Source of the DNA: Seison nebaliae
Lineage: Eukaryota
Assembly (NCBI GenBank): GCA_023231475.1
Contig: JALJEE010000713.1
Location: 54,793-74,792 of the forward strand
Direction of reading: 5' to 3'
Length of the DNA: 20,000 nucleotides
The notes under the pieces are model-generated. The model was not told where the DNA came from and ran no database searches. It saw only the letters and a list, made by a program, of their open reading frames with translations. This document shows, one piece after another, positions 1 to 20,000 of the stretch. Each line of letters opens with the position of its first letter. Within the stretch, counting starts at the first letter, position 1. The position numbers were made by a program, and so were the translations under genes.

Positions 1-793
1 CTCTAATTATGTGCATCTAAACCAATCATTATATATGAAAACAAAAATCAGTTGAATCATTCAAAATGATGAATGTTTAAAAGAGATTTCTTATCATTTT
101 CATCAGGAGACATAAGAGTTCTTTGAATTCTTCTTCCACAAATTCCGTTTTCTTTTGTTTATTCAACTTTCTTCCTCTTTTCCTTCCTCCTTCTCCTCAT
201 TGTTTCTTTTTTAAGAAAATTTCCTTCAAACAACACAACACAACTCTCTCTTTCTCTCGTCTCTAATTTCAATGGAGATTTCTTAATTTATTTTTCTTAT
301 AATATAAAAAAATTCTAATCATTTTAATAAAAGAAAGACTTTGAGAAAAGTTAAGAGTTTTATCCAAAAAGTAAAAGGAGAAATAAATTTGAAGGAGAAA
401 AACGAAGAGGAAAGTGGAAGATTGATTCGGATATGTTTAATCCATTAAACTTTTCTAATGAAAGGAAAATATTCAAAAAAGAAAAGAAAAAGGAAGAATT
501 GACTTGGAAAAAAAGAAGATTTTATAATATATTTTTCAAATTAGATAATTTGTTTACATTTCATGTTAATCGATAAATCCATCGTAGTCTATCATTGACA
601 TTGATGATGTTTCAATCCGTCGTTAATCATGTCATCGATGGTGAATTATGAAAATGAAATTTGTTAAATTAATCATTTTTTCTTTCCATACAACAAGATA
701 GAAAGATGAAAAAATGGATAGATGGGTCGATGGATTGATTGATTACTTTACACTCGATTAGTTATATCAGATAAATCATTCGAATTATAATGA

Positions 794-2392
<1,599 letters not shown>

Positions 2393-4069
2393 TTAACGAT
2401 TAATAGTTGAAAGGGGGAACTATGTAAATTAATATCTTCTCCGATATTTCCTTATTAACTTCATCTCATAACATCGTCAAAATATGGAAAGAAAAGAAGA
2501 AGAATAATGATAAAGATTTACACTATTGAAAGATAACTAAACAAACGATAAGAGAAAGATAAGAAGAGAGGAGAGATGGTAATGATCGCCATCACTCACC
2601 ATCACACTAAAATATCACACGAATTGACTAACAATTCCTCCCCGAAAATATATTATTATAACAATCTTCTTAGATATTTCTTTTCGTATTTATTTCATTT
2701 CTCACAGTCAAAACGACTAGCTGACGAGAATTAGAAAGGACGAGATCTCCTAACGAAAAGATCAACAAAACTAGTTTGTTGAGATCCACATGTCAATCAG
2801 TTTGACTAAATGATCATTAATCAGTTGAACCAATCATTCGAAAACAAGCCCCCCAGCACTCATGATGATTATGATGATGATGTACTTCTCCCAGTTGTAT
2901 TACCTTTAACTTCGCCAATCTACAAACCTGTTCTGATGTACATCGGCAGTTTCTATCGAGATAATCAAATAAAAATATCTGTAGATAGTGTGGGGATTGT
3001 TGTATGCGTTTAATTAAAAGGAAATTAATAACAAAAATTCTCTCCTCGTCTCTTTGTGGGCGATTGTAAAATTTCGGAGTTCTCTCACAAGCTCAGTTCC
3101 CTTTCTAATATCAATTATCATCTCAATATACGCAGATTTCTCACCATCTCCCATTGATACACACGCACTGTATCAGCATGTACATCTCCCTCCCGATACA
3201 CAAGTACAGATGTCTATTCATTATAGAGGACTGTCGATAATCATTCAGTTCATATATACTAACATCCATACATTGAATTTGAAATTATTTTCTCCAATTG
3301 ACTTCAACTAATAACAGTAAATGAAAAATGCTTTCACATTCTCAAATTCAGAAACAATTCCTTTCCGTTCTATTTGATAGTGATATTCCGATAAGTATTC
3401 AATGGATTTTTATGTTCAACATAATTCTCTTCTTCATCTGTCCTTGTTACTCGTTCGATTGTTGATGGAAAACTTTGGGAAATTACGAATTTCATTCATC
3501 AGACTCGGATCTCTTGTGAAGGAAATGATGAATTGACGTCTAGAGAGATAATGAGGATGATGTTCAGAGAAATGATTATTTGTGGAAGAAGATAAAGGAG
3601 TGCCAGAGAAATAATATGTTTTTTCTTAGTTCAATGGAATAATTGCTGGAGAAAATTGTTCTCCCTTATCTTCACCATTTCTCTCACACATTTCTAATGA
3701 TCTAACAATTATTTTAAGTTCATCTAATTAACAGTCAGTCAAACGGAAAACAATCTACCATCGGTTCTCAAAGTTCGACATTAATATCGCTCAACAATTC
3801 CTCAACTCATTTCTCCAATATTTAGATGCTTAGACTCTAAGGGAAAAACATCAAAGAAATTTTATAACAAAATTTAAAAGAAACATCAATCCAATTATCA
3901 GAAACATTTTCTGTTTAATGACTATTTATTTAACGTCTAATGGAATGCAAAAGAATGTTTATGGAAAGTGTGAACGTCAAACAATTCTTCAACAATTAAT
4001 TCTCACTCAATTCTAAGATAAGTTTCTTTTACTTCGAATGCAAATGACGAATTTTATCGATACCACCAA

Positions 4070-6355
4070 TCAATCTAATCGGAATAATTGAAATTGCTTA
4101 TTCATTTCTGATATGGAAGTTTGACTTGCTACGCAAATTATTTCCTTCCTCTTTCCCGATTTTGGCCTAGTAATAGGATAAATCCTCCTTGTTGTAGCTG
4201 TAGGTAACATGGGAACATCATCAGACTCGATAATGACGAGACGATCCGATTCATCTGAATTTGACTTAACTTTCTCTTTATTTAACGTTTTTTTGTCCTC
4301 AACATTACTGCTAGATTTGTACACCTTATTACGATTTGTAAGAGGTTTATGTACATTCGATGGAATGTTCGTTTTCTCTTTTTGACTCTTAGAATTCTTT
4401 ATACTTTGTAATTTCATCGATAATTTCGACGGTTGGACTGGAGAGATATCGAATGCGTTATCATAAGACAAGAAACAGTTGTCAAAATCATTTTGCTTCT
4501 CCTCAATTACAATTTTACTTCTTTGAAATAAGATATCATTATAGTTATTGTTGTTGTTGTTGTCATCATAATCAATCTGATCATTAAGATTTTTGAGATC
4601 ATTCAAGTCGTATGACAATTGAGATGAGAGATTGTTATTGTTACAAATTATTATTTCGTTATCCATCTTATTGGCTTTCATTAGTTTATCTTTCATAGAA
4701 TTATTATTGTCGTCATTCTCTTCGACATCAACACCATCATCGATAATTGACGACGGTTTCTTAATTGGTTGTATTCCTTTTTTTATTACTTTAGTCGATG
4801 AAGACAATGGAGTCATTGTCATTGATGATGTAGTGGAGAAGTAATTTGATTTGATTTGTTGATGATGATGTAATGATTCGAATGGTTCTTCAAACAGATT
4901 AAATGATGATGAACTGACGTCATTCTTTTCCTGAAATGAATGATGACAAATTGTCGTTTGATATGAGAGAAACAAAGGAATCTTATATAATAAATACTCA
5001 TCGATATTGTTAAGATGGAAGAGATTCTTCAAAAAATATGATCTCATTAAATGAAGTTTCAATCGAAATCTTTGTCGAAGACTTTCGATTAATGGCAGAT
5101 CCTTAAGATTATTTTCCATCAATCTTGAAATTAATCGTTGCACAAGTTTCTTCACTTGCATCTGCTTATATCTCTTTAATGGTCGAATGGAAGTATGATG
5201 GTTAGTAATCGATTTAATCAGGTTCAAATAAATCGTTATCGTAAATAAGAGATCAGATCGATCGATTTCTAAAACGTTGTAAATGATAGAGAGACAATTT
5301 AACACATTTGAATTCATCATATCTTCCGTCCAAGTCCGTTCGATATTTTTATGTGGATTTCTAGTAGAAATCGATTCCAGTAAAGTGTTATGACTTTTAT
5401 AAAATTGGAGATGCATCTTAAATAATTCATTCAATTGACATTCTAATTGATTGACATATTCTTGTTGTTTAATACTCGTCAATGAATTGTTCCGACGACT
5501 ATTCCCAAAAGTGTTCATGTTCCCATTCAAATCGACAGTAGGTGAAGATAAAGAAAAACTTTTGAAAAATAATTTCATTTCATTCACCACTGACAACATT
5601 AAACGGAAATTACCAGCCACTTTTTGCATAATCGTCAAATAATTTGACGAATAATAATGAAAGAAGATGAGAATATGATAATTCATCGTCTTCTTCATAA
5701 ATCTTCCTCTCTTACTCAGAATGGAGACATTGTCATAAAAACGTTTTAAAAGATTCGAATGATATGTATCTATCGAGTTCCTCAAATTAACTGATGATTC
5801 TCCAAACACTTTCACGTCCATTTCAATTCTACCAATACAATTCTTATAAATATTTTCGATGTTTGTCGAAGTTCTTCGAACTTCATTTTCATGACCCTTC
5901 TCAAATTGGAGGAGACATGATGAATGAAGAATCTTTACTATGAATTGTAAACGATCGTTTAATGCTTGAATCAGAATTAGATAAGATTTTAAGAATTTCA
6001 TCCAATCTTCATACATCGGAATGATCACTTCGCCATTCGACCAATGGACATTAATAGACAGCGAATTCGAAAATCTCATTGTTACAAAGTCACTACAATA
6101 AGCGACGAACCGATCCCACTCATTCGAACTAACTGTAGCAACTTTTAATTCATTCTTCTTCTTTTCCTCATGTTCAGTTTTCCGACTTTTATGCGTTCCT
6201 CGCAGAATTCTACTGTTGTTATTGTACGAGATGCCAAATGTGAATTTTTTAGATTTTTTCTTTTGTGTTTTCCCTTCTAAATCGCGTGGTGGTGATGGAG
6301 CATTATATGATTTATTCCTTAATTGTTTCTTAGATTTCCGATTTAATCGTTTCAT
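4070..6355 (-). CDS. Uncharacterised 761-aa protein: Lys/Arg-rich N-terminus, helical-looking core with a possible degenerate DH/RhoGEF-like segment, low-complexity Ser/Asn/Lys tail
   Basis: A 2.3-kb stop-free frame is very unlikely by chance in DNA this AT-rich. The first ATG is at 6355; the track's 6367 start is GTG, and an in-frame TAA lies at 6377-6379. The product identity is only weakly inferred. Confidence 0.8.
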   Translation of the reverse strand: MKRLNRKSKKQLRNKSYNAPSPPRDLEGKTQKKKSKKFTFGISYNNNSRILRGTHKSRKTEHEEKKKNELKVATVSSNEWDRFVAYCSDFVTMRFSNSLSINVHWSNGEVIIPMYEDWMKFLKSYLILIQALNDRLQFIVKILHSSCLLQFEKGHENEVRRTSTNIENIYKNCIGRIEMDVKVFGESSVNLRNSIDTYHSNLLKRFYDNVSILSKRGRFMKKTMNYHILIFFHYYSSNYLTIMQKVAGNFRLMLSVVNEMKLFFKSFSLSSPTVDLNGNMNTFGNSRRNNSLTSIKQQEYVNQLECQLNELFKMHLQFYKSHNTLLESISTRNPHKNIERTWTEDMMNSNVLNCLSIIYNVLEIDRSDLLFTITIYLNLIKSITNHHTSIRPLKRYKQMQVKKLVQRLISRLMENNLKDLPLIESLRQRFRLKLHLMRSYFLKNLFHLNNIDEYLLYKIPLFLSYQTTICHHSFQEKNDVSSSSFNLFEEPFESLHHHQQIKSNYFSTTSSMTMTPLSSSTKVIKKGIQPIKKPSSIIDDGVDVEENDDNNNSMKDKLMKANKMDNEIIICNNNNLSSQLSYDLNDLKNLNDQIDYDDNNNNNNYNDILFQRSKIVIEEKQNDFDNCFLSYDNAFDISPVQPSKLSMKLQSIKNSKSQKEKTNIPSNVHKPLTNRNKVYKSSSNVEDKKTLNKEKVKSNSDESDRLVIIESDDVPMLPTATTRRIYPITRPKSGKRKEIICVASQTSISEMNKQFQLFRLD

Positions 6356-7530
6356 TTTATCCTTCACTTTCCCCTTTTAATGTTCCTCAGTTTTAGGATG
6401 TCGATAGTTAGATAACGATTTCTTCTAATTAATGATCGATCGTCCTTTTAGTCGAATATCGAACGTGTCTCGTGTTTCTTCGTTACTCAATGTTTGTTGG
6501 GATGAGAAGTGTGTCGGTAAGAAAATGATAAATTGAATTAAAATAGAATTTTTCCAATATTTGTCAATTTAATTGAATGAGAGTATGATTTTCAAATCGA
6601 AATCGATTGTAATGTGAAAAAAACGAATAAGTTGCTATGAATTCTGAATAAATTATTCTCGACTCTTATTAAGAATGAAATGAAGAAATGTGGAATATAA
6701 TAAGGAATAATAAGAAGATAAAATATGATTGACGAGCGCACAAATCCATTGAACAAACGAAGGAACAATACAGTGTTAGACAGTAAAATAGACAGAAATG
6801 TAAATGTTTTCTAAAACATTAGAAATCAGCATGAACTTATTGATTGTGAATGAAGAAAAACCATCTTTCATTAACACACACAATAGTGTCAACGAGTGAA
6901 AGATGTACATTTGAGAAAATGCAGCATGCTGCCACTCGAGAGAGACAGTCACATCTATCAATTATTTACATCTGTCTATCATTAATCTATGATGCACTTG
7001 CTCACATCAAATTTTGAATATTTATAAAATGCAAATTTTTTCCCATTAATCAGAACGCGAACCCACCATTCAGACGAAAAGACACCAACCACATTAAATC
7101 TTTAGAGCTTTGAATTTAAGTAGAAATGTTGATACAAAATTCTAAACATCCGATTGACTTTTAAGGGAAAAAACTTTGATTTCGGGAAAATAATTTTAAG
7201 GAATTCACCTAATTCGATGATTGGATATGTGAACCATAAGAAATTAAATGAAATGAATTGTTCGAGAAGAAATGGATGAAAATTGTCCTATGTACTCTCA
7301 TGGGAAGTTGGAATGTTTTGCTGATGGGATTATGGATACAATATGTATACTGGTAACACATTACCACTCGCCTATAACATTATGTATGAGGAAGATGTAT
7401 TTGGACATTTACAAATACACATATATACACTTATGTTTATATATCTAATGGGACATAATGTAATATTAAATAAATAAAACTTTTTTGCAAAAAGCTTTCA
7501 CGTTCTTCTTTCAGTCCTCATCTTATAACT

Positions 7531-7552
7531 CACACACACACACACACACACA
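7531..7552. repeat. (CA)11 microsatellite
   Basis: Read directly from the sequence. Confidence 0.95.
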
Positions 7553-8090
7553 AATACACATATAGGCCCATGGATATTTGGGTAGAGAGGAATGGCATAA
7601 GATGACTTGATGTGACCGTATTAACAGTGGCAAACAATTATTATTTCTCATCTTCCATCTCTTTATAAATTGGCTCAATAATGAAAGATAATAGAATGGC
7701 GGAATATATCTCCTGTTTTCTTCGGAACGATGTTGAATGAATGACTCTTCACGTATATCTTTTCGGGTGTACAAAGATATGTGCGTACGAATTGTGGAAT
7801 AGAGTGTATAAATCGGTGTCGAACTTTTATTTCCATGCTTTTCGTTAGAAATAATGTCAGAAAGTAAAAAGTACAAGATGTTAATGACGATAATGATTTC
7901 TCTTGTCTTTTTTATCATTATCGCTTCCATCATCTCCTATTTTTCCAATAATATCAATTGATGATTTGCTGACTAGTCAGACTCTGGAAGAATAACACCA
8001 TTTATCTTCTGTAAATAATATTTTTCTTTCAATATCTCCCCTCTCATTTTTACTACACATATACATGTACATATATACGTATATACACAG

Positions 8091-8113
8091 ATATATATAT
8101 ATATATATATATA
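8091..8113. repeat. (AT)n microsatellite at the end of an alternating purine-pyrimidine tract
   Basis: Read directly from the sequence; preceded by acacatatacatgtacatatatacgtatatacaca. Confidence 0.95.
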
Positions 8114-9894
8114 GGACCATGGATATTAGTAAGTAAGAATAAGTAAATTTAAATAAGTGATGTGAAATGGTATCGTCCTCATCAACAGCAAAGCAGTTCA
8201 ACTCATTATTTATTATTACGTAAAATAGAAAGAAAAAGAATCATTTTCTTCCACAAAGAACTTTTATTTCAACAACAATACACAACGTTTCGTATATGTT
8301 TTCGATGTGTATTCAATTAATAATTATGCGCCTATATGTACGTACATATCGACACATGCGTATTATGTGTTACGTCCAGATGCAATAAAAGATAAATTGT
8401 AACTCCATCTACAAGTGATACACATCAATGCATTAACATCAATTCAATATTCCATAGAAGTAATGAGAAGAAATCCACAATAAATTATTGGTAGACACAC
8501 ATCTCTTACATCATAACTCCGTCTATTACGTACTCCACATCTTGGAATTGACTCTTGCGTGTATTCATCATTCATGTCTATGCTTCTCTCATTCACACCA
8601 ATATTTCACATGTAATATTAAATTTGAGTGTATGTCCGTGTACTTGTGCAAGTGTACGTATGTCCAACATAATATTTATTCATCATTCTATGAAATATGT
8701 TTGATTATACAAGAATTCCATAATGGATCGAATATGAGTTAGAAAGAAGGAATGAATTAGTTAGTTTCTTTCTTAAAATATGTTCGCTATCAAATTTTCA
8801 AAATAAACATTATATTTAATCGTTTTAAATTCATCTTATCATCTTGCTGTATATGTGATTATGTGTAAATGTGTATGAATGTGTTTATGTGTGCGTGTGT
8901 GTGTATAAGTGTAATTACAATATGAATCCAGAGTGATGAAAGTAGAAGAAATAAAGAATAAGAGTTCTTTTTCAAGAGTGGCAAATAATTAAAATTGAAA
9001 ACAATAGTATAACGTTACTGACGATTCCTTCGCCGTTCCGAATTTAGGTACGTCCCATCCGAATTCTTATCGATCTCTCCATGTTCTCTCTAGTGTCCGC
9101 ATACACGATTTGAGGGGAGATCGTTCTCCCTTTATCGCCAATAATCATTTTCTCTTTACTTATCAGCGTCTCTTGAGGGAAAATGCTTCTTCCCATTCTC
9201 ATTTTACTTTTCTTCTTTCTCGATTTCCCTGTTTCTGCGCATGATGTTCTCTTCCCATCGAACTCGTTGTTTTGTTAGTCGTGGGATGAAGACGAAGAAG
9301 TCTTCTCTTCCAATGTCAGTAGTTGAATGGATGTGTTGTGTGTAGTCGTCTAGAAATTAATACGAATTAATTCTTTCTTTCTACTTCTCTCACCAAACCT
9401 CTGCAAACGAATATCGAGAGGCAATAAGAGAAGAATTTATTTTCTCTTATTTTTTAGTTCACCAATTATATATTCGACAATTTATTAATTATTATACATC
9501 ATATTATGGAGTAAATATGGTTTATTTTTGAACTGATTGCCATCAAAGAGGAAATACTTCCAATTGCACCAAATTAAGATTTCTTTTCTTCTTCCTCTTC
9601 TCCATTGGCAGCAATATAAACTATTCTCTTATTATTATACTTCTAGTACTGATTGACGCCATTGTTGCCATTTGTGCTCCTTGAAACTGCGACTGATTTA
9701 GAGAACTTCATTCCAATTCTATGACATCAACATATTCCTGGTAGTTAACAATGACTATTATCTGCCTCTCTTCCTTTTCATTCTTATTAACATTCGAATA
9801 ATAATTTCGGAAATATATTTTCTTTTTTCAACTGCCCATTTTCATTAATGTGTTATCTCTCAATTTCTTCTTCATTTTTCATCTATCTCTTACA

Positions 9895-9940
9895 TTTCCA
9901 TCAACTTTTCCATCAACTTTTCCATCAACTTTTCCATCAA
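9895..9940. repeat. Perfect 12-bp minisatellite (TTTCCATCAACT) x3.8
   Basis: tttccatcaact occurs three times, followed by tttccatcaa. Confidence 0.95.
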
Positions 9941-10548
9941 TTTAAAAGATTAAATTATGGCTGAATTCAATTAAAAGACCATAAGTAATTTTAGAATGAG
10001 AAAAATTATTCTTTTAATTTTAAATGTTAAAGAATTTGAAAAATTTAATTTAATTGAAATTCGTATGATAATTGTGGAATTGTCAAAAGGGAATGTAATT
10101 GGGGGGAAAAGAAGAAAATCCGAAGAGAAAAATATTTCGAGTAGATGATCTATTAGAATATGTGATAAGTTTATGAATTGAATAAGAGAAGGAATTCTTG
10201 TCGAATATTAACTATAAATCGCAGGAGGACTTTGATTACATATCATTTTTTAATTGAAATCTCTTCAAATTTCTTTTGACTATTTACACTTTGTCTCTCT
10301 CTGTGTGATATGGTGCGGATGAACGGTTGGATGGATGAATTGAATTATATTTATTTGAAATAGAAAGGATTATATGTGGAAGGATATGGTTGGTGCACCT
10401 TGCGCTAATTTTAATTTACTTTCCATTCTCGTCTCTCCTTCACTTTCATTCTCTTCTGTCTCTTCCGATTATATCATCATTCATTCTCATCAAACATTTC
10501 CTGAAATCATTTATTTATTATCATTTTCTTATGTTTGTTTGCTCTCTT

Positions 10549-10551
<3 letters not shown>

Positions 10552-10580
<29 letters not shown>
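10552..10580. repeat. (CT)n microsatellite upstream of the MARK start, directly followed by AG
   Basis: Read directly from the sequence. Confidence 0.95.
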
Positions 10581-10586
<6 letters not shown>

Positions 10587-10746
10587 ACGAAGAAGCGAAA
10601 TTGAGTTTTCCTGATAGATTTATGAAATCTTTTGGATTTATCTTTTTCCGGAAAGATTTCACCAATCTCCTCGATCGATTTTAATCACACAATCCCCAAT
10701 CCAAATAACGAAGAGGAATATCAAAAAACAATAAAAATTCTTTTGA

Positions 10747-18093
<7,347 letters not shown>

Positions 18094-18211
18094 TGTGAAT
18101 AATTATCTCGATTATTGGCAACATAACGATGTTGGGAGGATGTCGTCAGGAGAGAGAAAGATGTTGCATGTCATCCAATTCATATTCATTACCTATCAAT
18201 TGTGTCACATA

Positions 18212-18217
18212 AATAAA
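18212..18217 (+). promoter_or_regulatory. Candidate polyadenylation signal for MARK/PAR-1 (a second AATAAA is at 18553-18558)
   Basis: AATAAA lies ~120 nt after the stop codon, but this hexamer is common by chance at this AT content. Confidence 0.25.
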
Positions 18218-18502
18218 TGCTTATTCGGAATTGTTAATTGCAAGATGTGCAATTGTGAGGAAGTGTAATGTTGTACTTCTCAACTACTTCGCACACTCAC
18301 TCAGTTTGCCTCCCAATCTAATTAATTCTTCATCTTCAAAAAGAAAAGAAAATTTTATCCTTAACTTTTTTTGTTCCAAACGTTTCATTAGACTACTCTT
18401 ATTTACTATCTTTCTCTCTCTCTCTCTCTCATATTATTATCAGCTTCAATATTTTCGATTTTTCATTCAGTTAATATTTATAAATTTTTATTTATCTATC
18501 CT

Positions 18503-18529
18503 CACACACTCACACACACACACACACAC
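18503..18529. repeat. Interrupted (CA)n microsatellite; a (TC)9 run is nearby at 18413-18430
   Basis: Read directly from the sequence. Confidence 0.9.
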
Positions 18530-19335
18530 GTACATGACGATGCACTTACAGAAATAAAGATTTCATTACTTCTTTTTAATTGTGAAAAAATTTAATTTTT
18601 TATCTGATCTCTTGAAAAGTTCTCTCATACAATTATCTAACTGGAAAGTTGAAAAATAATTTCTGAATGTCATAATGTCATGTATTGAATTATGTAATGT
18701 CATTTCATCGATCAGTTCATTTTCCACATATTTGAGAAGAAAGCAAACGTCATGAAAGCTTAGTTCACTCAATCATTCTCTTCTTAATATGCACTGTTTT
18801 TTCTCATAATTATTTATCTTTCGATGATTTCAATGAATTCATTTCTCTCGTTATATATTTTCCCATTTCGATGTTGTTGAACTGAATTTCTATTTCCCCA
18901 ATTATCAATTTTACTTTCAATTGGTTAACTTTTACGTTATTTTCAAGAATGAACATATTCAAATACATCATAATCATAGGCAACGGAACTATGAACCAAT
19001 TTTTAAATCCAATTATAAATTATTAGACAACTGTCACATTTTCCAATTCCTTGTTGACGATGAAAGGGAACTTTTAATTTTTTCCTTTTTCATAATTCTT
19101 CTTTTATTTAATATAATAAATATATTTATCCCTCAGGGAATTCCATTCAAATTAGAAATTTCTCTAACATTATAAATAGTAATCTAAAATTTTAGAATAT
19201 GAAAACCAAATTCTCTTAAATCTACAGGACAAAGAAAATATTTGCTTTTAATGTAAAATTCACTTATTTTTCTTCTCCTTTTTTAAAACTCATTTGGACA
19301 GTTCTATAGTGCTGTTCACACGAACACGAACAATG

Positions 19336-19616
19336 CACGGTGATTTCGCCACCCTATTTTTTGCCACGGTGTTTTGTTCAAAACGGTGATTTCACCACCT
19401 ATATGTATGAAAACGGTGATTTTGCCACCCTGTTTTATTAAAAACGGTGATTTCGCCAACTTTTTACAAGAAAACGGTCAATTCGCCACCGTGTTTTATT
19501 AAAAACGGCGATTTCGCCACCCTTCTTTTATCGAATATGGGTGGCGAAATCACTGTTTGTATATATAAAAGGTGGCGAAATCACCGTGTTTAATAAAACA
19601 GAGTGGCAAAAAAATA
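19336..19616. mobile_element. Foldback/MITE-like element or transposon end made of tandem and inverted ~30-bp sub-repeats (core AAACGGTGATTTCGCCACC)
   Basis: Six forward cores (19337, 19381, 19411, 19442, 19472, 19503) plus one partial, then two inverted cores (19539, 19571) plus one partial. 19355-19430 is the near reverse complement of 19539-19616. The repeat is certain; its transposon origin is an inference. Confidence 0.65.
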
Positions 19617-20000
19617 TTTATTTTTAAGATGTATTTTATTTTCCTTGAACTATCTTCATTTTTTTTAATCTGCAAGATTTATTTAGGAAGATTTATGTAT
19701 TAGGTTGTTAAATTTCAAATATTAAATTTTGCAAATATCTTTAAAATTGACAACTTAATGCACTTCCTATGCAAGAAATACTGAGCTTCTTGAAGCTATG
19801 TCGAAAATTTTTATTTTAAATTCTTAAACAATAATTGTTAGCTCTTTATCGTGACTCTGATATTGTAATAAATTTTTTCGAAACATGAACCCTCCATTCT
19901 TTGTTGCCGAATTTCCCACTTACGAATCATCCACGGTCTCCATTTCCAATAATGGAATTTGTGAAATTCCTAATTGTTTTTTGCCTCCGGTCGAATTTCC

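Noticed and set aside
6356..6367. GTG start given by the ORF track for the 765-aa ORF
   Set aside because: This is a eukaryotic gene, so the first in-frame ATG at 6355 is more plausible.
7523..8742. ORFs 7523-7933, 7977-8201 and 8488-8742
   Set aside because: They are short, run through microsatellites (CVCVCV, YIYIYI) and contain no recognisable motifs.
9000..9800. Slightly more GC-rich patches that might be exons of a hidden gene
   Set aside because: The frames I translated (around 9540-9760) closed quickly, and I could not assemble a consistent exon chain or motif. Non-coding exons cannot be excluded.
9700..10100. TEAD (CATTCC/GGAATG) sites upstream of MARK suggesting YAP feedback
   Set aside because: Isolated hexamers are expected by chance, and I saw no clustering or tandem arrangement.
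19336..19616. CRISPR-like repeat-spacer array
   Set aside because: Spacers are only ~11 bp and recur in alternation, the orientation inverts mid-array, there are no cas genes, and the context is eukaryotic.

Overview
AT-rich eukaryotic DNA, almost certainly from an animal: it has a TEAD-binding YAP/Yorkie protein, ~50-nt spliceosomal introns and poly-Asn tracts. Three protein-coding genes are supported. (1) A minus-strand YAP/Yorkie-family coactivator (794-2284). (2) A minus-strand, uninterrupted 761-aa ORF of unknown identity (4070-6355) that may contain a degenerate Dbl-homology (RhoGEF-like) segment. (3) A plus-strand MARK/PAR-1 kinase that I reconstructed by hand as 15 phase-consistent exons (10756-18093, up to ~1830 aa: kinase, UBA, very long spacer, KA1). 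A foldback/MITE-like palindromic array of ~30-bp sub-repeats lies at 19336-19616, and several micro- and minisatellites are present. The most unusual signal is in the splicing: all 12 predicted introns under 200 nt begin GTT, while the only two long (>500 nt) introns use canonical GTAAG. All family assignments come from motif recognition by eye; no searches were run.
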